A DNA stretch of 64,000 nucleotides from Deltaproteobacteria bacterium (GTDB taxonomy: Bacteria; Desulfobacterota; Desulfobacteria; Desulfobacterales; GCA-2748835): the NCBI GenBank assembly GCA_002748835.1, contig PDTL01000013.1, forward strand, positions 26,576 to 90,575. Reading direction: 5' to 3'. The first letter of the stretch is position 1. Each line of letters starts with the position of its first letter. Both the position numbers and the translations under genes were made by a program. Shown piece by piece: positions 26,986 to 36,131 of the stretch. The notes below the pieces were generated by a model. That model was not told where the DNA came from and ran no database searches. It saw only the letters and a list, made by a program, of their open reading frames with translations.

Positions 26986-27002
26986 CGGAAGGGACTGCAT
27001 GC

Positions 27003-27407
27003 ATGCGTAGCACAGAACAGATGAAGGCCTATTTTGAAAAGGACCGGTTTGCCGCAGCTGTTGGCGCCCGGCTCATCACCGTTTCTCCGGGATATGCCGA
27101 GGCACGGCTGATGATCCGGGAGGATCACTTCAATGCCGTCGGTCTGGTCCAGGGGGGCGTGATTTTTACACTGGCTGATTTCGCGTTTACCGCAGCCGCA
27201 AACGCCCACGGCAAGGCAGCGATTGCCCTGAACGTGAACGTCTCGTTTGTACGACCGGGCATTAGGGGGGCCCTTACGGCCGTTGCCCGGGAAACCGCCC
27301 GGTCAAGAACCATTGGCAATTATGATGTCACGGTTTCCGACCAGAAGGGAAAAACCGTGGCCCTGTTTCACGGAACCGTCTTTATCCGCAAACTCAATAT
27401 CCCGTAA
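27003..27407 (+). CDS. PaaI-family hotdog-fold thioesterase
   Basis: 134 aa. NAVGLVQGGVIFTLADFAFTAAAN and the overall length are typical of PaaI/PaaD-like thioesterases. Confidence 0.75.
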   Translation: MRSTEQMKAYFEKDRFAAAVGARLITVSPGYAEARLMIREDHFNAVGLVQGGVIFTLADFAFTAAANAHGKAAIALNVNVSFVRPGIRGALTAVARETARSRTIGNYDVTVSDQKGKTVALFHGTVFIRKLNIP

Positions 27408-27454
27408 CCCCTGAACCTAAGATGCAAAGAGGGGATGAAAACCCAATCCACTGT

Positions 27455-28432
27455 CTAGCCTGTTTCCGCATCCAGTTTTTGGTTGAGCCGTTCAAGAAAG
27501 GGATGCACATCCGCGACAATTCCAAGATCTGCTTCACCGAAAATAGCGGCATGGGGATCCGTGTTCACGGCGATCACATAGTCGGACTGCCGCATGCCTG
27601 CAATATGCTGGGTGGAACCGGAAATTCCCAGTGCCAGATACAGACGGGGGGCCACCACCGCACCGGTGATGCCCACCTGACGGCTGTAGGGCATGAACCC
27701 CTGGTCGATCATGGGCCGGGATCCTGCTGCCACGCCCTGATGAAATCGCGAGGCCAGCGTGTACACGGGCTCGAGCGCTTCTGTTGATGTAAATCCCCGG
27801 CCTGCGGCCACCACCACCTGGGCGTCGGAAAGGTCGGATCCCGTCGCTGCCGGCGGAATCGGGGGCAGACAGGTTACCCCGCAGTCATCTGCCGGAATTT
27901 CCAGAATCGTTATTTTTGCCGGGGCAGCGCCTGCTGCGGGCGCTTCCTGGGCCGCAAACGTGCCAGGCTGCAGGGTCAGCACGGTGGGACCGGCTCCGGG
28001 CCGCAATTTTGCCACGCGCTGGCCGCCGAGGATGGCACGCAAAAATATCGGACCTGCTTCGATTCCGTTGATGGCGGTAATGCAGCCCGAACCGAGCCGG
28101 GCGGCAAGACCGGGGCCGAGTTCCAGGCAGGATGGCGTATGCGCCATCAGGAGATAGGCGGGTAGCGCGTCCCGGGCCCAGCTAAGGAGGATGCTCAGCT
28201 GAGCCTGGGGGTGAGATGCGTGGCCGGGGTGGGTTTTAAAAACCGTCACCGGACATCCGGTGACCCCCGCCACAGCGGCTCCTGTTTGTTCCGGTGTGTC
28301 GCTGAAGACCAGGCAGTTGATCTCACCGCCGGTCAGATCCGCGAGGCGGCGTCCTGCCGTGAGCAGCTCTTTTGATGGGGGTGTGAGCCCCTGGGGGGCA
28401 GAGGCGATGAGAATACAGATACGGTCTGTCAT
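27455..28432 (-). CDS. etfA: Electron transfer flavoprotein, alpha subunit
   Basis: C-terminal FAD-binding signature [19 protein letters not shown]. The start is at ATG 28432, preceded by AGGAGG. The track ORF extends to 28528 across the etfB stop. Confidence 0.85.
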   Translation of the reverse strand: MTDRICILIASAPQGLTPPSKELLTAGRRLADLTGGEINCLVFSDTPEQTGAAVAGVTGCPVTVFKTHPGHASHPQAQLSILLSWARDALPAYLLMAHTPSCLELGPGLAARLGSGCITAINGIEAGPIFLRAILGGQRVAKLRPGAGPTVLTLQPGTFAAQEAPAAGAAPAKITILEIPADDCGVTCLPPIPPAATGSDLSDAQVVVAAGRGFTSTEALEPVYTLASRFHQGVAAGSRPMIDQGFMPYSRQVGITGAVVAPRLYLALGISGSTQHIAGMRQSDYVIAVNTDPHAAIFGEADLGIVADVHPFLERLNQKLDAETG

Positions 28433-28446
28433 GGCGGGGCCTCCTT

Positions 28447-29229
28447 TCAGGCGATCAGGTTTCGCTGGCGGGCCAGCGCAATCACAGCATCCGTCTTTTC
28501 TTCGAGTGAACCGTCTATGAATTTGCATTTTCTGCTCGCATCGGGCAGCCGGGTACCTGCGGCGGTCTCGCGCAAATGGGCACCGGCTGGGGGCAGGTCG
28601 GCCTTGATCAAGGGAATGTCCACCCGGTTTGCCGCCACGAGGTTGCGTACGTTCGGATACCGGGGCTGGTATCCGCCGGCCTGCAGCGTGACCAGAACCG
28701 GCAGCTTTGTCAGAATGGGCTGCCGAATGCCGGCTTCCATTTCTTTGAGGATCCGGATGACGGAGCCTGTATCTGTCAGGTCGAGCGCGGTGGCGCCGGC
28801 CACGCAGGGAATTCCCCGCAGGGCGGCCAGCATGGGACCGGTCTGGGCCTGCATCAAGTCTTCGGACAGGATGCCGGTGAGAATCAGATCATAGTCTGTT
28901 GCGCAGGTGGCCGCATGGAGGGCACCGGCCACATCAGAAGGTGGCAGGTATCCGTGTTCAGGACCTTCCACGTGGATGGCCCGGTCTGCGCCCATGCCCA
29001 GGGCTCTGCGCAACACCTCCTGAACCCGCTGGGGCCCCATGGAGATGACATCGATGGTGATGGACGGGTGCGTTTCCTTGAGCTGAATCGCCGCTTCCAC
29101 GGCAATGGTGTCAAAACGGTTCATTTTCCACTCGGCCCCGGGGACCGGTGCAATCCATTCATGGCGGGTATCCGGAACCAGTTGCCCGAAATAGGCGGGA
29201 ACCTGTTTGATGCAGACGAGTAGGTGCAT
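28447..29229 (-). CDS. etfB: Electron transfer flavoprotein, beta subunit
   Basis: MHLLVCIKQVP is the characteristic EtfB N-terminus, and LILTGILSEDLMQAQTGPMLA is present. The start is at ATG 29229 (AAGGAAA upstream). Confidence 0.85.
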   Translation of the reverse strand: MHLLVCIKQVPAYFGQLVPDTRHEWIAPVPGAEWKMNRFDTIAVEAAIQLKETHPSITIDVISMGPQRVQEVLRRALGMGADRAIHVEGPEHGYLPPSDVAGALHAATCATDYDLILTGILSEDLMQAQTGPMLAALRGIPCVAGATALDLTDTGSVIRILKEMEAGIRQPILTKLPVLVTLQAGGYQPRYPNVRNLVAANRVDIPLIKADLPPAGAHLRETAAGTRLPDASRKCKFIDGSLEEKTDAVIALARQRNLIA

Positions 29230-29380
29230 GGGTGTTTCCTTATGGATAAGGGGGCATACATCCGCTGTGAGGAGACCTTTCATGCCTGATGCGTTCGACT
29301 CATGAAAACCGGTATCCGCTGTTAGCGTTGCTTAACATCTGTCATGGGAATAGGTGTACTGGAAACACAGTGGAGATGCA

Positions 29381-29440
29381 AGATAAAAAACGAGCGTTCG
29401 TTCTTTTTATCTTGACAGCCCGCTGTCTCACGGGTAGTCT
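29381..29440 (+). promoter_or_regulatory. Operator-like palindrome abutting a sigma70-like promoter for the phosphatase/ACAD/kinase/SDR operon
   Basis: Palindrome AGATAAAAAACGA-gcgt-TCGTTCTTTTTATCT (29381-29412, one bulged C). It is followed by TTGACA (29412-29417), a 17-nt spacer and TAGTCT (29435-29440), 66 nt upstream of ATG 29506. Confidence 0.4.
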
Positions 29441-29505
29441 TCAGCGAGTCCCAGCAGGATGGACGATTTTCTGAAAACGGTTTTTATGCGGGCGAGGAAA
29501 CAAAC

Positions 29506-30228
29506 ATGGCCGTCTTATGGCTGATCCGTCACGGACAGGCGTCCTTTGGAACATCAGATTATGATTGTCTGTCTGATATCGGCAGGATCCAATCCGCCCT
29601 GCTCGGACGCTATTTTACGGCAGCCGGCATCCGCTTTTCCAGCTGTGTTACCGGTACGTTGAAACGTCAACGGGAAACCCGGAAAATCGCTTTTTCCGAG
29701 CTGCCTGGGGATCACGTTCCGGTTGTCACAACCGATGCCGCCTTGAACGAATATGATTTCAACGCCATCATCCACGATCATCTCACCGCCGTATGCGAGG
29801 CAGATCCGTCACTGGAAGCCTGCCTGCGGTCAGCCGCCACAGACCCCCGGGCATTCCAGAAACTCTACCACCCCATTATCACCCGGTGGATGCAGGGGGC
29901 GGTCGGCGAGGGCGGGGCAGAACCCTATGCGGTGTATCGGCAGCGGGTGCTGGCGGGGCTTGATCGGTCGGCTGCAAAGGATTCGGACGGCCGCGTTGCG
30001 ATTTTCACCTCTGGCGGCGTGCTGACGGTGGCCATGGAAGCGGCCCTGGGCCTGTCTATTGAACGGGCCCGGGATGTGGGATGGCAGGTCCGGAATGCCT
30101 CTATCTCATGTTTTACGCTGAATCCGGCATCGGAGGACAGCGGCGGCCGGAATTTGCGCCTGAAGAGTTTTAATACCACCGCCCACCTTGACGGGGCGGG
30201 CGATCACACCGTGCTTACGTATCGGTAA
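29506..30228 (+). CDS. Histidine phosphatase family protein (phosphoglycerate-mutase-like fold)
   Basis: N-terminal LWLIRHGQASFG (RHG catalytic motif). The 240-aa length is typical. Confidence 0.75.
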   Translation: MAVLWLIRHGQASFGTSDYDCLSDIGRIQSALLGRYFTAAGIRFSSCVTGTLKRQRETRKIAFSELPGDHVPVVTTDAALNEYDFNAIIHDHLTAVCEADPSLEACLRSAATDPRAFQKLYHPIITRWMQGAVGEGGAEPYAVYRQRVLAGLDRSAAKDSDGRVAIFTSGGVLTVAMEAALGLSIERARDVGWQVRNASISCFTLNPASEDSGGRNLRLKSFNTTAHLDGAGDHTVLTYR

Positions 30229-30260
30229 CCCAACTAACCGAAAGAAACAGGGAGGCAGGT

Positions 30261-31469
30261 ATGGATTTTTCAGTGTCGGATCATATCCGGACCATCGTCG
30301 ATATGATCAACGAGTTTGTGGACAAGGAACTGATTCCGCTGGAGCCGGAGTTTACCAGCAAGCCTTTTTCAGAACTGGTGCCGGTTTTGCGTGAAAAACA
30401 GGCGATGGTCAAGCAGATGGGTCTGTGGGCACCAAATTTTCCCAAGGACTGCGGCGGCCTGGGCCTGAGTATGGTCGATCATGGGCTGGTGTCCGAAGCC
30501 CTGGGGCGTACGCCGCTGGGTCATTACACCTTCTGGTGTCAGGCTCCGGATGCCGGCAATGTGGAAATTCTGCATATGCACGGCACAGACGAACAGAAAA
30601 AAGCCTACCTGGAACCCCTGGTCAGAGGGGATATCCGCAGTTGTTTTTCCATGACCGAAGTGGATATGGCCGGATCCAACCCGGTGATGCTCGAAACAAC
30701 GGCTGTAAAGGATGGAGATGCGTATGTGATCAACGGCCACAAGTGGTACACCTCGTCTGCGGACGGCGCGGATTTCGCCATTGTGATGGCCGTGACCAAT
30801 CCAGAGGCGCCGACCTATCTTCAGGCCAGCATGATCATCGTGCCCACGAATACGCCGGGGTTCAATCTGGTCAGAAACATTCCGGTGATGGGCCATTCCG
30901 GTGATGACTATGCCAGCCATGCGGAGATCCTCTATCAGTCCTGCCGGGTGCCGCAGAAAAATCTGCTGGGAAAGGAGGGCCACGGATTTGTCATTGCCCA
31001 GGACCGCCTGGGTCCGGGCCGGATTCACCACTGCATGCGCTGGTTAGGGATTTGCAAACGGGCCTTTGACCTGATGTGCAGCCGCGCCAATACCCGGGTC
31101 ATTGCACCCAATGGACAAACGCTTGCCGATCGTCAGATTGTCCAGCAGTGGATCGCGGACTCGGCAGCGGAAATAGAGGCGGCCCGCCTCATGACCCTGC
31201 ATGCGGCCTGGCAGATTGATACGGTGGGGGCCGCCAATGCCCGGGACAGCATCTCCATGATCAAGTATGTGGTGGCCAACACCATGAACCGCGTGGTCGA
31301 CCGTGCCCTGCAGGTGCACGGCGGACTGGGCATGACCGATGACACCATTCTCGCGTATTTTTACAGCCATGAACGGGCGGCCCGGATTTATGACGGCGCG
31401 GATGAGGTGCATAAATCCGCGTTGGCAAAACGCATCCTCAAATCCTATGCGGGAAAAATCTGTAAATAA
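30261..31469 (+). CDS. Acyl-CoA dehydrogenase of the ACAD10/ACAD11-like subfamily
   Basis: 402 aa. It has the general ACAD layout plus RLGPGRIHHCMRWLG and MIKYVVANTMNRVVDRALQVHGGLGMTDD ... IYDGADEVH, which I recognise from the dehydrogenase domains of mammalian ACAD10/11. GGGAGG RBS. Confidence 0.8.
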   Translation: MDFSVSDHIRTIVDMINEFVDKELIPLEPEFTSKPFSELVPVLREKQAMVKQMGLWAPNFPKDCGGLGLSMVDHGLVSEALGRTPLGHYTFWCQAPDAGNVEILHMHGTDEQKKAYLEPLVRGDIRSCFSMTEVDMAGSNPVMLETTAVKDGDAYVINGHKWYTSSADGADFAIVMAVTNPEAPTYLQASMIIVPTNTPGFNLVRNIPVMGHSGDDYASHAEILYQSCRVPQKNLLGKEGHGFVIAQDRLGPGRIHHCMRWLGICKRAFDLMCSRANTRVIAPNGQTLADRQIVQQWIADSAAEIEAARLMTLHAAWQIDTVGAANARDSISMIKYVVANTMNRVVDRALQVHGGLGMTDDTILAYFYSHERAARIYDGADEVHKSALAKRILKSYAGKICK

Positions 31470-31673
31470 CGGCCATAGGTCGACCTGTTTTTTATCGAGG
31501 TTTGGCCACAACACATCATGAAAGAAACGCATCGGTTCATTGCATCTGTTTATATACTAGTGGACCTGATGCGGGTTGTCTGATTGAATGGCGTCCGTGC
31601 CGCATCAATTCGCGGTAACCGGTGCACGAACAGAGGATGAAGACAACTGAACGGATGCGAAAGGAAGACAGAT

Positions 31674-32741
31674 ATGAATATACTGGATACGGCGAAAGCG
31701 GTCCGGACGGGTGAAGAACTGGATCTTGACACCGTTGAAACCTATTTAAAGGATACGATTCCGGGGCTTTCCGGAGATCTGGTGATCGAGCAGTTCCCCA
31801 GCGGTTTTTCCAATCTGACCTATCTGATCCGGGTGGGGGAGACAGAACTGGTACTTCGCCGTCCGCCCATCGGCGCCAATATCAAAACCGCCCATGATAT
31901 GGGCCGGGAATACCGGGTGCTGACAGCCCTCAAACCAGTGTTTGCCTATGGCCCCACGCCACTGGCTTACTGTGAGGATACCGCGGTGATGGGCTGCCCA
32001 TTTTATGTCATGGAGCGGCTCAAGGGGATTATTTTACGTAAAGACCTGCCGAGCGGCATGCACCTGTCCGCCGATCAGGCCCGGCAGCTGTGCGAAAATC
32101 TGCTCGATGTCCATGTCCAGCTGCACGAGATCGACGTGGCACAGGCCGGGCTCTCTTTTATCGGAAAACCGGAAGGCTATGTCAGCCGCCAGGTGAACGG
32201 ATGGACCGAACGGTACCGGAAAGCGATAACTGACGATGCACCGGCGTTTGAGGAAGTTATCACCTGGCTGGCGGAAAAAATGCCGGCGGATACGAACCGG
32301 CCCGTGATGGTTCACAATGACTATAAGTTCGACAATGTGGTCCTGGATCCCCAAAACCCCATCAACATCATCGGGGTACTGGACTGGGAAATGGCCACCT
32401 ACGGCGATCCCCTCATGGATCTGGGAAATTCTCTGGCCTACTGGATCAACCGGGATGATCCGGCCGAAGCCCAGCGGATCCGTCAGCTGCCCACCACCAT
32501 TGACGGCGCCATGACGCGTGAGGAACTGGTGGCGAGGTATGCAGAAAAAACCGGCAGGGATGTGTCCGGTTTTGATTACTATTTTTGTTTCGGTATATTC
32601 CGCCTGGCCGGGATCGCACAGCAGATTTATCACCGGTATTACCATGGCATCACAAAGGATGAACGCTTCGGCATGCTGATTGGGGCTGTAAAGGTGCTGC
32701 ATCAGATTGCCCGGACCGTCATCGAACGCTCGAAACTGTAG
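31674..32741 (+). CDS. APH-fold phosphotransferase, ACAD10/11 kinase-domain-like (LvaA-like)
   Basis: FPSGFSNLTYLIRVGETELVLRRPP ... AHDMGREYRVLTAL ... FYVMERLKGIILR, catalytic loop HNDYKFDNVVL, and DWEMATYGDPLMDL. Confidence 0.8.
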   Translation: MNILDTAKAVRTGEELDLDTVETYLKDTIPGLSGDLVIEQFPSGFSNLTYLIRVGETELVLRRPPIGANIKTAHDMGREYRVLTALKPVFAYGPTPLAYCEDTAVMGCPFYVMERLKGIILRKDLPSGMHLSADQARQLCENLLDVHVQLHEIDVAQAGLSFIGKPEGYVSRQVNGWTERYRKAITDDAPAFEEVITWLAEKMPADTNRPVMVHNDYKFDNVVLDPQNPINIIGVLDWEMATYGDPLMDLGNSLAYWINRDDPAEAQRIRQLPTTIDGAMTREELVARYAEKTGRDVSGFDYYFCFGIFRLAGIAQQIYHRYYHGITKDERFGMLIGAVKVLHQIARTVIERSKL

Positions 32742-32757
32742 AAAAGGGGGACGCACA

Positions 32758-33516
32758 ATGGTTGATTTTTCTTTGAATGGCAAAGTGGCACTGATTACCG
32801 GTGCCAGTCGGGGCATCGGCGAATCCATCGCCATGACACTCGCAGAAAACGGCGCGCACTGCATCCTGGTGAGCCGGAAGATCGACGGCCTTCAGGCGGT
32901 GGTAGACAAGATTGCCGCTGCAGGCGGCAAGGCAGACGCTTTGCCCTGCCACATGGGTGAGATGGAACAGATTCGCCAGCTCATGGCCACAGTAAAGGAA
33001 CGGTTTGGCAAACTCGATATCCTGGTGAACAATGCGGCGGCAAATCCCTATTTCGGCGATATGCTCGGCGCCGAAGAATGGGCCTGGGACAAGACCTTTG
33101 GTGTGAACCTCAAAGGCCCGTTTTTCCTCACCCAGGCGGCGGCATTGCTGATGAAGGAAAACGGGGATGGCCGGATTGTCAACGTGGCATCCATAAACGG
33201 CGTGCGCCCGGCGTCTCTGCAGGGCATCTATTCGATTACCAAAGCAGCGCTCATCTCCATGACCCAGGCCTATGCCAAGGAACTGGCCAGGTTCGGGATT
33301 CGGGTGAATACGCTGCTGCCCGGCCTGACCGACACCAAATTCGCCAGCGCCCTGACAAGCAACGAAGCCATTATAAACAGCGTCGTTTCCCAGATTCCCA
33401 TGGGGCGGATCGCTGTGCCTGAGGAGATGGCCGGCGCGGTGCTCTATCTGGTTTCGGATGCGTCCGCGTATACCACCGGATCCTGCATCACCTGCGACGG
33501 CGGTATGCTGGCCTGA
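32758..33516 (+). CDS. Short-chain dehydrogenase/reductase
   Basis: TGASRGIG cofactor motif, NNAA, and catalytic YSITKAAL (YxxxK). The start is at ATG 32758 (AAAGGGGG upstream). The track ORF starts at 32707, inside the previous gene. Confidence 0.85.
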   Translation: MVDFSLNGKVALITGASRGIGESIAMTLAENGAHCILVSRKIDGLQAVVDKIAAAGGKADALPCHMGEMEQIRQLMATVKERFGKLDILVNNAAANPYFGDMLGAEEWAWDKTFGVNLKGPFFLTQAAALLMKENGDGRIVNVASINGVRPASLQGIYSITKAALISMTQAYAKELARFGIRVNTLLPGLTDTKFASALTSNEAIINSVVSQIPMGRIAVPEEMAGAVLYLVSDASAYTTGSCITCDGGMLA

Positions 33517-33534
33517 TAACTGAGGAGATATACC

Positions 33535-34374
33535 ATGAAGCATTTTTCGGGAAAAGTGGCTGCGATTACCGGAGCCGGATCCGGTATCGGTCAGGCCCTG
33601 GCCGTGGCCCTGGCAGCACAGGGGTGCCATCTGGCCATTTCAGACCTTGCTCTGGAGCGCCTTGATGAAACAGAGGCCCTTTTGAACGCATCCGGTGTGA
33701 CCGTTTCAAAGCATGTGGTGGATGTGGCGGACCGGGAGGCGATCTACGCCTATGCGGATGCGGTTGTTGAAACCCATGGCCGGGTGAATCTGATTTTCAA
33801 CAATGCCGGTGTGAGCCTCGTGGCGTCATTTAAAGATATGAGTGACGCGGATTTTAACTGGATGATGAATATCAATTTCTGGGGTGTCGTTCACGGGACC
33901 CGGGCGTTTCTTCCCCACCTGCAGGCATCCGGGGACGGTCACATTGTGAATATCTCCAGTTTGTTCGGTTTGCTCGCTGTCCCTACGCAGTCGGCATACA
34001 ACGCAGCGAAATTTGCCGTGAGGGGCTACACGGAAGCCCTGCGCATGGAACTGGAGATGTATGATGCGCCGGTCAGCGCCAGCAGTGTGCATCCCGGCGG
34101 TATTCGCACAAATATCATGGCCGACGGACGGATCGCTACACAGACCGGTCTGTTTAAGGATCGCGAAAAAGCCAAACGGGGATTTGACAAGATCGCCATC
34201 ACAACCGCTGCCGAGGCGGCGGAGATCATCCTCAAAGGGGTGCGGAAAAACAAGCGCCGGATTCTGGTGGGGAAAGACGCTGTGATACTCGATCTGGTGC
34301 AGCGGTTCTTCCCCCAGGGATACCAGAAGCTCGTTACAAAAAATGCCCGAAAAACCTACCTGGATCGTCGGTAA
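33535..34374 (+). CDS. Short-chain dehydrogenase/reductase
   Basis: TGAGSGIGQA, NNAG and YNAAKFAV (YxxxK). GAGGAG RBS. Confidence 0.85.
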   Translation: MKHFSGKVAAITGAGSGIGQALAVALAAQGCHLAISDLALERLDETEALLNASGVTVSKHVVDVADREAIYAYADAVVETHGRVNLIFNNAGVSLVASFKDMSDADFNWMMNINFWGVVHGTRAFLPHLQASGDGHIVNISSLFGLLAVPTQSAYNAAKFAVRGYTEALRMELEMYDAPVSASSVHPGGIRTNIMADGRIATQTGLFKDREKAKRGFDKIAITTAAEAAEIILKGVRKNKRRILVGKDAVILDLVQRFFPQGYQKLVTKNARKTYLDRR

Positions 34375-34380
34375 AATAAC

Positions 34381-34419
34381 AGGCGGCAGCCCATACCCGG
34401 CTGCCGCCTTTGCGTTTTT
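34381..34419 (+). terminator. Rho-independent terminator ending the ACAD/kinase/SDR operon
   Basis: 11-bp stem AGGCGGCAGCC / GGCTGCCGCCT with loop CATACCC, followed by TTGCGTTTTT. Confidence 0.75.
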
Positions 34420-34762
34420 GCTCATTTCTTTTGTTCATTTCTAATGATAATCAAAAAAAATGTTTGAATAATCGTTTTTGAATGATTATAGTTGCATTAT
34501 TGATTTGTTAATGTTAGTTTCCATTCTTTTTTACAGGTAATACGATCTGGAATGAATCATTCGTGATCGAAATTCATTTTATTCCCCATTGACAGGATAC
34601 GGGTCTACCTCAATTTACCGGAGCATCACTGAAATAATCTGGGTTTTTCGTAGATATTCACATGGATGCGAACGGCGTTTTCGTTTAATGCGCGATTGGC
34701 GCGCAGGGAGAAAACAGACAAAAACGAATTGAATTTACAGGATATCGTAAAGGAATTAACCC

Positions 34763-34945
34763 ATGGACGCAGATGCAAAAAAAAGTATGGAAGATCAGGT
34801 GAAAAACATGATCAGCCAATACTTTGAAGACAAGAAACAAGAGCCCAGAAAGAAGTGGTGCCGGCCTGAAAATACCACGGTTGAAGTCATTCACCGGCGC
34901 CGCAGACCGGTAAAAATCGTAGAAACAACTTCCGCCGGGGTCTAA
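34763..34945 (+). CDS. Possible small basic protein (60 aa)
   Basis: ORF with AAAGGAA 7 nt upstream of the ATG. No homology was recognised. It lies in an AT-rich intergenic island. Confidence 0.3.
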   Translation: MDADAKKSMEDQVKNMISQYFEDKKQEPRKKWCRPENTTVEVIHRRRRPVKIVETTSAGV

Positions 34946-35119
34946 CCGCGGTTGTTTAACGGGCTGTGCGGTGCCGTATTGTACCGGTTCAGCGGTCCCC
35001 AGCACTGACACGTAGGGGGTGGACCTGCGGTCAGTAATGACATGTGGTTTTGCTTGAACCGCATCTCTTCTCATCTCTTTATAGTCGACATGAAAAACAG
35101 TGCCGTAAAGGATCATGCG

Positions 35120-35917
35120 ATGACAGGTAAACAGTGCTCGACTTGCGGTTATGTGCGTGACGGTATGGACAACTTGCCGGATTGGAAATGCCCAAGATGC
35201 GATACACTGTATGAACGGCCGCCGGTGCGGTCAGATCGGGGCAGGCGGTCTGAACTAGATTTTACCGACATTCCGATGGATGGCGGCTACCGACGCCGGG
35301 ATGAGAAACGGCGAAATCCCCTGGGCCGGATTTTTTTTATTTTGGTGATGGGCATCGGTGTGATCGGGGGGAGCCTGTACCTGTTTGCAGACAGGGCACG
35401 GTATGTGAATGAAGGGGAGGCCGCTCTGTTTGTGTCACAAGCCTGTGGTGAACCCTGCGATGAACTGGCCGACTTCCTGGTGAAACGGGAGGTGCCGTTG
35501 CGAGTCTATACTGTGGATACCGATCCGGACGCCCGGAGTTTGTTTGATACCTTGAAAGGGGAGACGGTTCCCTTCCTTGTGATGGGGAGATTCCGGATCA
35601 CGGGGTTTGATCTGGACCGTGTTGACCATGCGATTTCCGAAACATTCCAGCCCATGATTGTGGGGGAAAACGGGGCGGTCGACGTGGTGGTATTTCTGAG
35701 CGCAGACTGCCCGGGTTGCCGGAAGATGGAAGCCTTTTTGAAAAAACAGGGTATCGATTATACCGGGTACTGGATTGACGAAGAACCGGCCCATCGGAAA
35801 AAATTTGACGAATACGGATTTAAAGCGGTCCCGGCGGTGATCATTGGCGGTAAACCGGTGGTGGGGTACAATCCACGCGCTCTCAAGAAAATGCTCAGGA
35901 AAGCCGGTCTGATGTGA
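35120..35917 (+). CDS. Zinc-ribbon / TM / tandem glutaredoxin-like membrane protein
   Basis: CSTCGYV ... WKCPRCDTLY (Cys4 ribbon) and TM FFILVMGIGVIGGSLYLF. Two thioredoxin-fold units follow: CGEPC ... TVPFLVMGRFRITGFD, and CPGCRKMEAFLKKQGIDYTGYWID ... AVPAVIIGGKPVVGYNP. The start is placed at ATG 35120. Confidence 0.7.
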   Translation: MTGKQCSTCGYVRDGMDNLPDWKCPRCDTLYERPPVRSDRGRRSELDFTDIPMDGGYRRRDEKRRNPLGRIFFILVMGIGVIGGSLYLFADRARYVNEGEAALFVSQACGEPCDELADFLVKREVPLRVYTVDTDPDARSLFDTLKGETVPFLVMGRFRITGFDLDRVDHAISETFQPMIVGENGAVDVVVFLSADCPGCRKMEAFLKKQGIDYTGYWIDEEPAHRKKFDEYGFKAVPAVIIGGKPVVGYNPRALKKMLRKAGLM

Positions 35918-36131
35918 TTTCCATCATCCCGGAATCTGCCGTGCCAGGTGGTCTGGGAGGATTTTATGCCGCGTTACGGGAGCTGTGTTTCGGTGCGGAT
36001 GCTGTTTCAAAAATGACAGGTGACGATCCTGTTGACTGTGAACAGGCAACGCCGTATAACACTAAAGAATCCTTTTTTTCGCGAACGCAGGGACATTGAC
36101 CCAGGCAACTATTTTTGAAAGGAGTCATCTC

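Noticed and set aside
35914-36099. 61-aa ORF overlapping the stop of the glutaredoxin-like gene
   Set aside because: It has no RBS, no motif and an alternative start codon. The region is better explained as the intergenic spacer before the selenoprotein candidate.
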